Source: Podarcis cretensis (taxonomy: Eukaryota). Taken from it: a stretch of 64,000 nucleotides of DNA. Under the pieces are notes generated by a model that was not told the origin of the DNA, made no database searches, and saw only the letters and a list, made by a program, of their open reading frames with translations. Position 1 is the first letter of the stretch. The number at the start of each line of letters is the position of its first letter. The translations under genes and the position numbers were made by a program. The stretch is taken from assembly GCA_951804945.1 (NCBI GenBank), contig OX638165.1, forward strand, positions 30,938,001-31,002,000. Direction: 5' to 3'. This document shows, piece after piece, positions 24,604 to 36,959 of the stretch.

Positions 24604-25959
24604 TGGATAAGATATAAGGACTTGCTTGAAAATAAGACTCCAAGGTGGCTGTCACCAATGGAAGCGAAGGCTCAGAAAAAGCTCAATATGGAGGCCAAAT
24701 GGCCAAAATATTGGGAAATTTTGGAACAAGAGGGAGACAGACTAAAATTGCAGAGTTTTGAAAAACTAAAAAATAGAGTGCGAGATTGGCTTCATTATTA
24801 CCAGATAATGGAGGCATATAATTTGGACCAAAAAAATGGCTTCCAGGTGGAAAAATCAAAATTGGAAACAGAATTGCTAGATCCTAAAATTAAGAACTTG
24901 TCAAGAATGTATAACTTGCTGTTGAAATGGAATACTCAGGATGAAACGGTGAAATCTGTTATGATTAAATGGGCACAAGACGTTGGACATAATATTATGA
25001 TGGCTGACTGGGAACAGTTATGGACCACAGGTATGAAGTTCACGGCATGTAATGCCTTAAGAGAGAATATAATGAAAATGATATACAGGTGGTACATGAC
25101 ACCAATCAAGCTTGCAAAAATCTATCATCTGCCTGATAATAAATGTTGGAAATGCAAAGAGACTGAAGGTACAGTCTTTCACCTTTGGTGGACGTGCCCA
25201 AGGATTAAGACCCTCTGGGAGATGATCTATAATGAAATGAAAAAGGTATTTAAATATACCTTTCTGAAGAAACCAGAGGCCTTTCTCCTGGGCATGGTCG
25301 GCCAATTGGTGCCAAAGAAGGACAGAACTTTCTTTATGTATGCCACAACAGCAGCAAGAATACTCATTGCAAAGTATTGGAAGACACAAGATCTACCCAC
25401 CCGGGAAGAATGGCAGATGAAGGTGATGGACAATATGGAATTGGCGGAAATGACTGCCAGAATCCGAGACCAGGGAGAAGAGTCGGTGGAGGAAGACTGG
25501 AGGAAATTTAAAGACTATTTACAGAAACATTGTAAAATTAATATTTGTTAGAAGGATGTTGGAATAATATTATATGATTTTAGCAGGAAGGATATAAAGG
25601 ATTTGGGAATAACACTTAATTGGTGAAAGGAGGAAAAGTAAAATTACATTATATTAAGACAATTTACAGGACAAACATTTTAAAAGAGGGAAAGGATTTG
25701 CTGAAATAGACAATCGACCTAGAACACAAAAAAGGGAGGTGTGAGGAGGTCAAGGAAATTAGCTAATGAAAGAACAGAAAGGAGATTTGATGCTTTTTTT
25801 TCTAATTTTGTTCTTGTTTAATGGGTTTTATTGTTTAATGGTTTTTAAAAAATATATATTGTGGTGTGTTGCTTGGTTTTTGTTTAACGTGGTATGTTCA
25901 TTTTTTCTTTTTGTAATTCTTGAAATTTTAATAAATATCATTAAAAAAGAAAAGAAAAA
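24604..25959 (+). mobile_element. 5'-truncated L1-clade LINE (ORF2 C-terminus, 3' UTR and A-rich tail)
   Basis: Uninterrupted 309-codon ORF 24622-25551 with CCHC knuckle CWKC-x8-H-x4-C; AATAAA and A-rich tail; 17-bp TSD AAGAGAAGAGTTCCTTA at 24587 and 25960. Confidence 0.93.
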
Positions 25960-26379
25960 AAGAGAAGAGTTCCTTAGTTTATGTGCTGTGTACTTTATTT
26001 TATCCTGAACCTTCAAACAACCAGCTTCATTGAACCTCCATGAGTTCTAGTATGATGGGAGTTCATGAATTGTTGGCAGCAACACCTGGAGGACTGCGCC
26101 AGTGTCTACTCGAGGGCTTCCCAGAGGCACCAGTCGGCTACTGTGGAAGCCAGATGCCGCACTAGATTCCAAAAGAGCTCTTCAACATTGCTCTGATCCT
26201 ATAGGGCTCTTCCTACATTTTTAGGATTTAAACTGCTGTGACCCTCTTGAGTAACCCATTCATGTTAAGTATCTCTTGCTGTGACTTGGTTGGCTCTTGA
26301 TCACATAAACTATTGCCTTTTGGGACAAGGAGGTCTTTGGCCTGATTAAAATTTGCCGGAACTGAGCTCTCACAAAAAT

Positions 26380-26650
26380 AGCTAAAAGCATTAGGGAAGA
26401 GATTTTAAAATAAAGCCGCTGATATGTTTATAACACCCTTATACAAATCGACGATGCGGCTATACTTAGAATATTATAAACGGCTCTGGGTTGCACCATT
26501 TAAAAATAAAATAAATCTGTTTCACTGGAAAAGGAGCAGAAACGATCAAGGAATCAGAGTGCCTGCCCTATCAGAAAAGGCAACAATATTTGGGGCTTTA
26601 TTTGCTTAGAAAGAAAGATAGCCGCAATAGGAAGTTTATAAAACATGCAG
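26380..26650 (+). mobile_element. Degenerate CR1 LINE ORF2 fragment
   Basis: Translation PLYKSTMRLYLEY resembles the CR1 PLY...RPHLEY motif. Confidence 0.6.
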
Positions 26651-27439
26651 CGGATGGAGAAATTGGGCCTTCTGGACAACCGCTTCCATCACCCCCCTGG
26701 TCATTGGCCATGTTTGCTGAAGCTAATAGGAGTTGTAAGTCACCAACATCTGGAGGGCCAGAGGTTCCCCCCCGCCACCAACCCACCCTTATTTTGAAAG
26801 AGGAGCCAATAAATTAATGGAGAAAGAGCTGCTGGCGATTAGTCAGGTATGCCCCATGGCACTTCCAGATTCAACAGTCTCATGCTCCTGAATGCCAATG
26901 GCTGGAGGGGGGTGGCAAGAGATGGAAAGAGCTGTCCTCTTGGCTGCCCTGCTGATGCGCTCACCAAAGCCATCCGACTGGCCCCTGTGGGAAGCAGGAA
27001 GCTAGATTAGGAGGCCCCTTGGGTCTGATTCAGCCGAGTGGCTCTTATCTTAGTTCTGTATCCCTGTGGTTGGAATGTACGTAGGTGGCCACCCAGACAG
27101 CTGGCTGTAGACAGAAGCAGCACGGATTGCCCTATATGGAACCTTGGCCTCCATAACAATTTGTGGTGTGGGAGGTGCGCTTGTTGGTGTGAAAACAGCT
27201 TAGGCTCTTGTGAAATCCAAGGCACCTCTCTGCTTGTTTGCTTTCTCTTCTGTAATCTCAATGGATGCTATCGGTTTTCAGGAGGCATCTCTTGCCCCTT
27301 GGGGAAAAATTCCCCTGGAGTCCCATCTGCTGCATCCATCCCATTGTCAAGATAGCGGCCAGCTTGCTTTGCACTTCAGTCTTTTATCAATAATTCAAAA
27401 TGGATTTTTATGCAAACCCCTTTGAGGTTTCGACAATTG

Positions 27440-27791
27440 TAAAAAGTAAAGGGACCCCTGACCTTTAGGTCCAGTCGTGGCCGACTCTGGGTTGCGGCGC
27501 TCATCTCGCTTCATTGGCCGAGGAGGCCGGGGTACAGCTTCCGGGTCATGTGGCCAGCATGACTAAGCCGCTTCTGGCGAACCAGAGCAGCGCACGGAAA
27601 CACCATTTACCTTCCCGCCGGAGCGGTACCTATTTATCTACTTGCACTTTGACGTGCTTTCGAACTGCTAGGTTGGCAGGAGCAGGGACCGAGCAACAGG
27701 AGCTCACCCCGTCATGGGGATTCGAACCGCCGACCTTCTGATCGGCAAGTCCTAGGCTCTGTCGTTTAACCCACAGCGCCACCCGCGTCCC
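27440..27791 (-). mobile_element. Sauria SINE
   Basis: Reverse complement of the 13965 family; 12-bp TSD TTTCGACAATTG at 27428 and 27793. Confidence 0.93.
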
Positions 27792-28866
27792 TTTTCGACA
27801 ATTGAGCACCCTACAAAATTCTGTAAAATAAATGAAGAGACAGCACCGCCCCTGTGTGCAAACGCTCATGTACAAACAAATTTGCTGTTATCAAAGCTCT
27901 ATTTGTATTTATCGAAGAGATGATTGAATTGGGTGTCCAGTTCTAGGCTCAGGAAGCATGGTTGCAAAGGCCTTGGCCAGCAAACCCATCTCAGTAGATG
28001 CATGACATAAAATTGTTTTTTTGCCGTCTTTCTTGTTATTTAACTGGAGAATGAGAGAGAGCGCGCATATCATTTTAAAACCACATCTTATGTTTCAGCC
28101 AATTTAGGCTTTTATGTTTGAATGGCATATACACTGGGTCAGAATGTCTCAGCGAAATCACCCTGATCTTCCCATCAGTCTCTCTCCCTCTTTGTTTTCT
28201 ATTTCCAGCAGAGTTGTTATCATTCACATCTTTGGGGAGGGGGAATATTGGGGGGGGGGGAGCGCAGCAAAACAATACTTCCTTTGGCGCTTGTTCCCAG
28301 AGGAGTGAGATCATCCTCAAAGGCAGCAGTTTTTCAGCTTGGTGGAAGATGACAGAGATTGGATTGATTCATGCCACATGCTAGGCTGAAACAGTGAGCA
28401 AGACATATACACTGGACTGCAACAGTGGCTTATTATGACCTGATGAACCAGAGGCTATAAGCAAACAGCCTGGGCAGAAACCAAGTGAGGCCTTAGCGGA
28501 TAAAAGCTTTTGTTCCTTGCACATGGCAGAGGATGGCCCTTGACCATCAAGTGAAGCCAAACAGGCCAAAATCACACACCAATGCATTTGCTCCTTTTTC
28601 TGTAATCACTTGTCCCAATCTCCTCAAAGGCTTCCTTTACAGCTTCAGGAAGACACAGGGGGTTGCAACACAGCCCTTAGTCCTGCAAGGAGCCAGTTGT
28701 GAGGAACAAGCAAAGTAAGCAGTGGCGCAGTTCGATTAATTTAGGACCATAGATTTTGAATGGTCTTGTGTGGGACCAGGGTGGGTTGTGGGAGAGTCTT
28801 TAGGTAGTCAGGCAGGAACAGTCCTGGTTGAAGAGGGGAGCAGAAGTGCATCTAAGTAAATACACA

Positions 28867-29347
28867 CCGTATTTTTCGCTCCATAAGGCGCACCTAAAGG
28901 GGGAAATCAAGGGGGGGGGGAATCAAGGGGGGGGGAAATCCCCCACCCAGCCCCAAAGAGCAAAGAAGCCAAGACAGCGAGCGGGATCCATCCCGTTCGC
29001 TGTCTTGGCTTCCCCTTTAGCCGCGCGCAGCCCCTCCAGCCGGGAGAGGCTGCGCGTGGCTATGGCGATTCTCCCATCTCCCGCAAAAGCCCACAGGAGC
29101 TGCGCACCCTTTAAGGAGTGCGTGGCTCCTGCGGGCTTTTCTACGAGGAGGGAGAAGGGACTGACTGGCCGCGTCAGTCCCTTCTCCCTCCTGGGGAAAA
29201 GCCCGCAAGAGCCGCACGGAACTTGTGTGCGGCTCTTGGGGGCTTTTCCTGCCTGCCTCCCCCCTGCATTCGCCCCATAGGACGCACACACATTTCCCCT
29301 TACTTTTTAGGAGGGAAAAAGTGCGTCTTATGGAGCGAAAAATACGG
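28867..29347. mobile_element. Tc2/pogo-like MITE with CCGTATTTTTCGCTC termini
   Basis: About 27-bp TIRs (ccgtatttttcgctccataag / cttatggagcgaaaaatacgg), TA at the right end, GC-rich internal hairpins. Confidence 0.88.
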
Positions 29348-29552
29348 TAATTTTAAAATGTGGTCATCTATTGCGCCTATCTTTGAGGACCCCGTTCATT
29401 ATCAGTTCTTCGTCCCTTCCCCCCATCCCCACAGCACAACTGAAAACAAACCATTGGCATCTTCATCATCCAGATTCAGTTTGATAAACCAGACATGAGT
29501 ACTTTCCACTCTACTGTCAGTGAGTGTGTGTTGAGGGATAGGTTAGAAAGTT

Positions 29553-29970
29553 TCATAGCTCAGTGGTAGAGCATCTGCCCTCATGCAGAGGGTCCCTGGT
29601 TCAATCCCCAGCATTTCTAGGCAGGGCAAGAAGAGACCCCTGCCTGAGAACCTGGAAAGCTGCTGCCAGACAGTGCAGATAATACAATCAAGTTGAACGG
29701 AATTTGTTCCGGAAGTCCGTTCAACTTCCAAAACATTCAGAAACCAAAGTGTGGCTTCCTATTGGCTGCAGGAAGCTCCTGAAGCCAATTGGAAGCACCG
29801 TCAGACGTTCAGCTTCCAAAAATAGTTCACAAACCAGAACACTCACTTCCGGGTTTGCGGTGTTCAGGAGCCAGAACATTCAAGAACTAAGCTGTTCTTA
29901 GAAAACCAAGGTGCAACTTTACTGTTAGAAAGGCCAATGCTCTGACTCAGTGCAAGGCAGCTTCCTCTGT
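29553..29970 (+). mobile_element. tRNA-derived SINE interrupted by a degenerate Tigger-like MITE (~29683-29925)
   Basis: tRNA-like head (atagctcagtggtagagc...ggttcaatcccc); SINE tail (gccaatgctctgactcagtgcaaggcagcttcct) resumes after the insert. Confidence 0.65.
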
Positions 29971-30427
29971 TATAGGGATATTTAAGTAATTGGTTTCCCC
30001 ATGACATCTATGATTTGATCAATGGGGGGAGGGGGGAGGGAAAGCACAGCAAAGTTTCAAGAGTGCCATAGTTGGGTATATAATTCTGTAAGGGAAACAG
30101 GAATATTTGTCTTTTCTTTCTTTCTTTCTTTTTACTTTGCCCTACTTCCATAACCCAATAACATTACTATCTGTACTTCATTTCCCTCTGATCTCAGAGT
30201 TTGCAATCACCTACTTGCAGAACCATGTACTGTATATACATAGCCTGCAAACTGAGGATGACACTCCATGCATCTGATTCTAGTCTACAGAAACCTATGC
30301 TACAATAAACTTATTATTCAGAGTTTTATGTTGTGAACCGCCTTAAGATCTACGGGTATAAGGCAGTATACAAATTTTCTAATAATGATGAGGAGGAGGA
30401 TAGCAGCCACTATTAGGAGTCTTCTAG

Positions 30428-30793
30428 GGGACGCGGGTGGCGCTGTGGGTAAAACCTCAGTGCTTAGGACTTGCCGATCGTATGGTCGGCGGTTCGAATC
30501 CCCGCAGCGGGGTGAGCTCCCGTCTTTCGGTCCCAGCTCCTGCCCACCTAGCAGTTCGAAAGCACCCCTAAGTGCAAGTAGAGGTAAAGGTACCGCTTTA
30601 TAGCGGGAAGGTAAACGCCGTTTCCGTGTGCTGCGCTGGTGCTGGCTCGGCAGAGCAGCTTCGTCACGTTGGCCACGTGACCTGGAAGTGTCTGCGGACA
30701 GCGCTGGCTCCCGGCGTCTTAAGTGAGATGAGCGCACAAGCCTAGAGTCGGACACGACTGGCCCGTACGGGCAGGGGTACCTTTACCTTTACC
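30428..30793 (+). mobile_element. Sauria SINE (divergent subfamily)
   Basis: GGGACGCGGGTGGCGCTG head, B-box, Bov-B-like 3' end, (ACCTTT)n tail. Confidence 0.9.
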
Positions 30794-31653
30794 TAGGGGA
30801 AGAATACAGCTTTTATGAAACTATGGTTGGTCACCTTGAGCCCCCCAAAACTATCAGACATAAATGACTATGGTGAACAGATAATTAAGATCTTTTCCAA
30901 GCCTTTTCAGTGGTGGTACCCAAATTCCTTCCTATACATATTTTGTTCTCTTCTGACAAATGGCATGGAGCAGCTTAAGGTGTCAAGAGCCTTAACCAAT
31001 GTTCTGTCTGCTAGCGCAAAAGTCCTAGTGTCAGGGGAAGACAAGGATAAAGGTGGCCCACTAAAGGAATCCAACTCAGTTTTCCACTACCAAAGTTCGC
31101 AACAGCTAATTCTTGTGCAATCTGTTGCACACTATTTTGATGATGTACCTGCTTTTTCCCATGCATAACAACATTCCCTCAGAGCAACTATACCAACAGG
31201 CGACTTTAACATAGTACTGCACTGGGTACAACGCAGAGTGATAGTTGGCCCAGTGGCAGGGCTAACTTCAGCTACTTTTCTTTCCACAGATTGAGGAGGA
31301 GGGCCCAACAAGCAATGACGCAAGCATGTAAAGGCACCATGCATATTGATGGTGCTTATATAAACAAAGGGAACAGTGTTCTCCTGTGATCTGTGAACAG
31401 GGCATAAGATAGACATGACCTCCTGAATAATGATCCCCTATAGCGTTACTCCACTGCTCACTTGAATGTTGTTGCCTGAAAATACAGAGCCAATTTTGGA
31501 GACTACAGTGCCAGCGACTGTATCTCACTGGAGCCCCAGCCCCACCCTCCAGCCATGTTTGGTTGAAGTACTTTTAAACAGGAACTTCTGATGCACAAGT
31601 TAAGCAGGCAAACTTTTCCCTGGCACAGCGGTAGTAATAAGCACCTGCTATGC

Positions 31654-31789
31654 CAGCGTTTCCCAAACTTGGGTCGCCAGCTGTTGTTGGACTACAATTC
31701 CCATCATCCTTGACCACTGGTCCCGTTACCTATGGATGATGGGAGTTGTAGTCCAAAATCAGCTGGAGACCCAAATTTGGGAAACCCTG
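31654..31789. mobile_element. Short palindromic hAT-type MITE
   Basis: CAGCGTTTCCCAAA...TTTGGGAAACCCTG with an imperfect 8-bp TSD (tgctatgc/agctaagc). Confidence 0.8.
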
Positions 31790-33039
31790 AGCTAAGCTCA
31801 GGTTGCAGTTAAGCCCTGGAATATGAGGCCATCTGAAGTAGAATTTATGGCTTTCAAATGGAAGACAGTCATATGTTGTGGCGTCACTGTGTTGTCACGT
31901 TAGCAAGTGACTCATGAACAAGTCCTCAGTTACACAGTGCCTGAAAGTGTCACCAATCAGGGCAAGAAATGGTTTCTGCCAGCTTTCATCCCTTCCCAAT
32001 CCTCTTTTGTTTAGCTGATCAATGATTTTGAGCGAGAGGTTCTAAAGTCACAGGGAAGAGGCACTGCCTGTCTTCTTCAAGATAACTATTTCCTCTTGCA
32101 TGTCCAGCCACAAATTGAAAACCAATCTGCAGCAAACAGAATTAATTGCTTTTCTTTATAAACACACTCTCTCTCTCGTCTTCTGCTTCATACATCTGGG
32201 TGATTCTGTATTCAGTTCCAGGCAGCAAGCCTCTTGTCTCAGAAGCACTTTTGATGTAGACAGTTTTGATTTCCTTTCGCTCATCAGACCTTTGCTCCTG
32301 CTAAAACCTGCTTTTTCCTTTGTAATAGTTCTGTCCGTTTTTAAAGCACCGGTTTGGCTTATATAGTCTAATTACTGCATCTTCTGTTCAACCCTGATAT
32401 ATTCTACCCCCTGCCCCCAGGAAGCCACCTTCTGTGAGGAGAATAGGGAAAAAGTGTGCTGGTTACAGCTTTTGGGAGGTATTTGACGTGAGGCTCTCCA
32501 AAGCAGTAACTTTCACAAACAACGACACACACCTCTAGAGTGATGACAGATGACCAAGCAGCGATTCCTTCTCTTTGGGGTTGGGATCAGTCTGGATTGC
32601 TGCTCAGAGGACAGGTGAGTAACTAGGCATCTTGGGTCCAGGATACCTCTAACCTCTTATATCCCTGAGGTCTACAGGAGAGTCACTGTTGGTGGTTCCT
32701 CAAAGCTCCGATGAATGACTCATATGTACCAGGAGCCATACTTTTAGAAATGTAGGCTCCATTTTATGGAACTCCCCACCGGCTGAAGTCAAGCAGGATC
32801 CCACTCTGTTGTTATTTCCAGGCATTTAATCAGAATTCATTTTAAACAATCTTTTCCCTTTTCCAAGTGCGGCATCCCTTGCACACAGTTCGGATGAAGT
32901 ACAGGCAATTCCCAATTTAAGCAGGGGTTACGTTCCAAGGCACCACATGTTTAGGTGAAATTGCATATATTTGAAAAGATTCCATCAACAGTATCTCTGA
33001 AAAATTTTACACGTCACTTGGGAAGACAGGTGAACTAAT

Positions 33040-33752
33040 GCCAGTGTCGAAGCAATGATTCTTCGACATCAACTTCGTTGGACTGGTCATGATGTGTTAG
33101 ATGCCTGATTATTGTATTCCAAAGCAACTACTCTACAGTGGAACCTCGTGTTACGGACGGGATCTGTTCCGGAGGCGCATCCGTAACACATAACTGACGC
33201 AAGCCGAAGTGCCGCATCTGCGCATGCGCGTGGCGTGATTTACCGCTTCTGCACAAGAGGCGAAACCCGGAAGTAACCCGTTCGGGTACTTCCGGGTTGC
33301 TGCGAGACGCAACACGAAAACACGTAACCTGAAGCAGATGCAACATGAGGTATGACTGTATTCCGAACTTACACATGGAAAGTGTAATGCTGGTGGTCAA
33401 CAAAAGAGGTTTAAAGACTCTCTCAAGGCAAATCTTCAAAAATCTAGTATAGACACAGACAACTGGGAAACACTGGCCTGCGAGCGCTCCAATTGGAGAA
33501 CAGCCTTTACCAAAGGTGTCATGGGCTTTGAAGACGCTTGAACTCAGGACGAAAGGGAGAAACGTGCTAAGAGGAAGGCACGCTTGGCAAACCCTCACCG
33601 TGATCAACTCCTGCCCAGAAACCTATGTCTCCACTGTTGAAGGACGTGTGGATTCCGAATTGGCCTCCACAGTCCCTCACAGCCTCACTGTTAAAACTGT
33701 GTTCGTGGAAGACAATCTTACTCAGCTACGAGTGATCACTAAAGAAGAAGAT
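33040..33752 (+). mobile_element. RTE-clade LINE 3' fragment, interrupted by a MITE
   Basis: Translates as LRWTGH...PKQLLY/SEL..GK..AGGQQKRFKDSLKANL...NWETLA.ERS.WR with a degenerate C-terminal zinc finger; GAA-repeat tail. Confidence 0.85.
33136..33358. mobile_element. Tigger/pogo-like MITE nested in the RTE LINE
   Basis: TA|CAGTGGAACCTC...GAGGTATGACTG|TA; related to the 11100 family. Confidence 0.9.
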
Positions 33753-34731
33753 AGCTTTTAATAAAACAGCAGTAGCAACAAGCTTGGACCAAAGGCAGTG
33801 GACTTTTCTGGCACTAGGCTCCTCACACCAGCCGCCCAGAAGGCCAGCTGTTGACACTTCTTGTCTCTGCTTTAAACACACACACAGCAAATAAACTGAA
33901 GGCTCCATGTTCCTCTTTTCAAACAAGGCTGAATTCCTTATAGAGCTGCAAATCATTTCCTCAAAAGAAATCAAGGCTCCAGGAAGAATCTTAGAAAATA
34001 TAGGTGACTCATTTCCTGGCAAGCCAAACAAAAGAGTTTTGGCAGGGTCCTGGAAAAACTGAACGGGAAAGCAGGAAGCAAATGAAAATTTAAATCTTTA
34101 ATGGAAAAAACACTGTATCACAGAAATTGTCCTGCTACAATTTTGTGTCAAGGGGACTTGATGTTTTCTTTCTTCATAAACAAGGTGGTACTGTGATATA
34201 AAAAATTATTTTCTCAAGCAAGAGATCCTTACTTCTTGCCAAGGGATGTCAGTTGAACAGTCCAAGCAGCTGAAGTAAATACTCCAATGTGTCTGGCCAG
34301 GGTGCTGCTATTAGGATGGTCTGTGGGTGGATGGAATTCGGAGCCAGTCTTTTAGCAGCAATCCCTGTTGCTCAGTCTGCAAAGATCATTTAAATATTCT
34401 AGGCTGGCTCCCAGGGAGGGTGTGGTCTGTACATCGGAAGTGAAGGAGTAGGACTGGCCACATTATTTGGGCAACCTTCGCCAAGAGGTGGTTTCACTGC
34501 TTTTGGACCAGGTAGAACATAACAGTAACCCATCATTAGCAACTTCTGGTGCCCAAAAACCAGTTCACTCCTTTTGCTCCACCCGGCCAGTCTGGGGGAG
34601 TAACGAACCACAAAGCTTGATTCAGTATTATGTTAGAATCAGCACTCATCGTTTGTTTCTCCCAGAGGGGACAAGGCAGAACAGAGAGGAAGCGACTAAG
34701 CAGCACACTGCTTGTTCAGAGTAAGCCATGG

Positions 34732-36122
34732 TTTATTACTGACTACGGTTTACTGTTACATGTGAACAAGGCCAATGAGTAAAAGCAAATGTAATCAATG
34801 ACTGTCTAGCTAGCGTCTTTCTTTTATTACAACTTCCTGCTAACAGCGAGCCCTTTCGATTGATTTCCTGCAATCCAGACAGCTAGAAAAGTTGCACATA
34901 TCTGTGCCGGTGGTGGTGGGGATGCTTCTTTTCTTTACCTATAAATATAATTTTTGAATTATATGAAAATAGAAATACATATATACATAAGCAAACTTGT
35001 CTCCATTGGACTATAAACTGGCATTTGGCATTCACTTAGCCAATGCTTCTAAGCAATGTGGGGCTCCAGGCACACCTTAACTCTGCCCATATTTAGCAGA
35101 AAGGGCAGAATGCGCATTGCACAGAAATGCACTCGGTGACTGCTGGGCGGCCATTTTTGTTAATGAGGATAGTAGGTTTAGGAGGGGCTAGCTTCAAGCA
35201 GAGAGAAGGCTCAAACTGCTCCTTGCTGACCGATTCCTCTCCAAATGGCATCTTCTAGTTGATTCTCCTCCTAAGCGTCACCCCAAAGGGTCAAAAGCAT
35301 TTGGAGGGAATTTGCAAATGATAAAAAGTGTGGGCAAAGGAGTCAGCAAACCCTCCATTCTGGTCCCTGTGCTTCTTAAAGTGAGAGGCCATTTGTCTAA
35401 CTGTGTCCTAACTGGGCTGCAACCTCTTCATGCTGCACATCAAAAATGAGGGGGGACAGTCGAGCTTCGATTTGTGCCCGCAAGCAGAAGTTCTGAACCG
35501 AACTGATGCAGATCCCTCCATCAAACCTGGGAGCTCGGAGCTGTATTCCTAATAGAGAAGACACTGGACAGCTGCAGCTCTGTTATGATCCCAGAGCCCA
35601 CAGAGAGAGAAGGGGTAGATGCTTCTAAGCAGCAGTAAGGTTGCTCTCATACAGTGCAGTAGGAGGTGTGGAATGGAGGGAGGCTGCTCAGGCGGTGTTT
35701 ACAAATTAAAATTGGGAAGGCGTAAAGGGTTATGTGTCTCCTGCAACAAGGGTACAGCGCTAATGCTCTCGCCGCCTCCTCTGAAATCTGGCAATTACCC
35801 ATTTAAGCCGGGAATAGAACCTCACTCATTCATCTGTTTTTAGCATCCTCTCGTGTTCTGCTGATAAATCTACTGAGCAACAAAGCATTAAGAATCCTCC
35901 TTGAATTAGGGAGCACCCCAGCTCGCTGAAAAAGCAAAACGGTTCTTCCTGAGAAGGGCTCGAGAGAGAAAGAGAAAGGGCAAAGAAATCTGACTTAAAC
36001 CATGTTAGGAAATTGTTTTGAACTGGTTGGGTTTGGGTTTCTTTGCCTGCTGCAGGGGAGATGTACAACTTGGGCTTTCTCTGTCCAGAGTCCAGGCTTG
36101 GTTACAGTCGGGTTTTTGGTCC
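34732..36122 (-). other. PPIL2: PPIL2 3' UTR with candidate polyA signals
   Basis: Minus-strand AATAAA (TTTATT on +) at 34823-34828 and 34732-34737; mostly unique sequence from there to the stop codon. Confidence 0.5.
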
Positions 36123-36216
36123 CTACCAGGAGCTGAAGTCCCCAAAGCCTGTGCTCTTCTTCTCTTTCTTTGCAGCTGTGCTGGTGGATGGACCATCATC
36201 TTCAGCCACTCGCTTC
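36123..36216 (-). CDS. PPIL2: PPIL2 final coding exon: (A)KRVAEDDGPSTSTAAKKEKKSTGFGDFSSW*
   Basis: Acceptor ttccattacag; ends in GFGDFSSW-TAG, the conserved PPIL2 C-terminus. PPIL2 is also the neighbour of YPEL1 in human. Confidence 0.95.
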
Positions 36217-36959
36217 CTGTAATGGAAACCACACTGGTCAGGGCTCAGGCTGTGAGCCTAACCCCACCCACCTGGGGAAATGAACCCCAATGAGTTCAAC
36301 CGGACTTCCTTCTCAGTGCATGCAACAAGGATGGAGGGCAGCCCTTTTTATTTACATATTATGCCCCACCCATCAATCCAAAGAGCAACACTCCTCCCTC
36401 CTCTTGATCCTCACAACCATCTTGTGAAGCAGGTTAGGCTGAAAAAGGGTGGCTGGTCACTCGGTACTGTTCTGTTACTGAATAGGGTGTGTGAATCTGG
36501 GCCTCCCCAATGAAACCACGGGGTGGGTGTGGCTTTCCCATGAACACATAAAGCTTCTGTATAGTAAGACGACTTGTTCACCCAGTCTCGTACTGTCCAG
36601 TGGAGCATCTGAACACTTGCGAGTCCTCCAGACGTTTTGAACTACAACTCCCATCAGCCACAGCAGTTGTGCTGTGTGCCTAATGGGAGTTGAAGCCTAA
36701 AACATCTGGAGGGCACCAAGTTGGCAAATGCTGGTCTACTCCATCAGCAGCACGGTCTCTGGAGTCTCCCACAAAAAGTCCACACCTGAGATTCATTTTT
36801 TAGCGAGATGCTGGGGATTGAACCTGCCGCCTTCAAAACGGAAAGCTTAGGCTCTAACCCTGAGTCTCAGTCCCCATTGCCATCTGCTCAACAGCAGAGT
36901 ACTGAGATCTTCTCTTGCTCAAAAAAATGAAGAACCTGAGGTACTGTTTGCTTTTTAAA

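Noticed and set aside
24622-25551. 309-aa ORF as a host gene
   Set aside because: It is the L1 ORF2 C-terminus, bounded by a TSD and A-tail.
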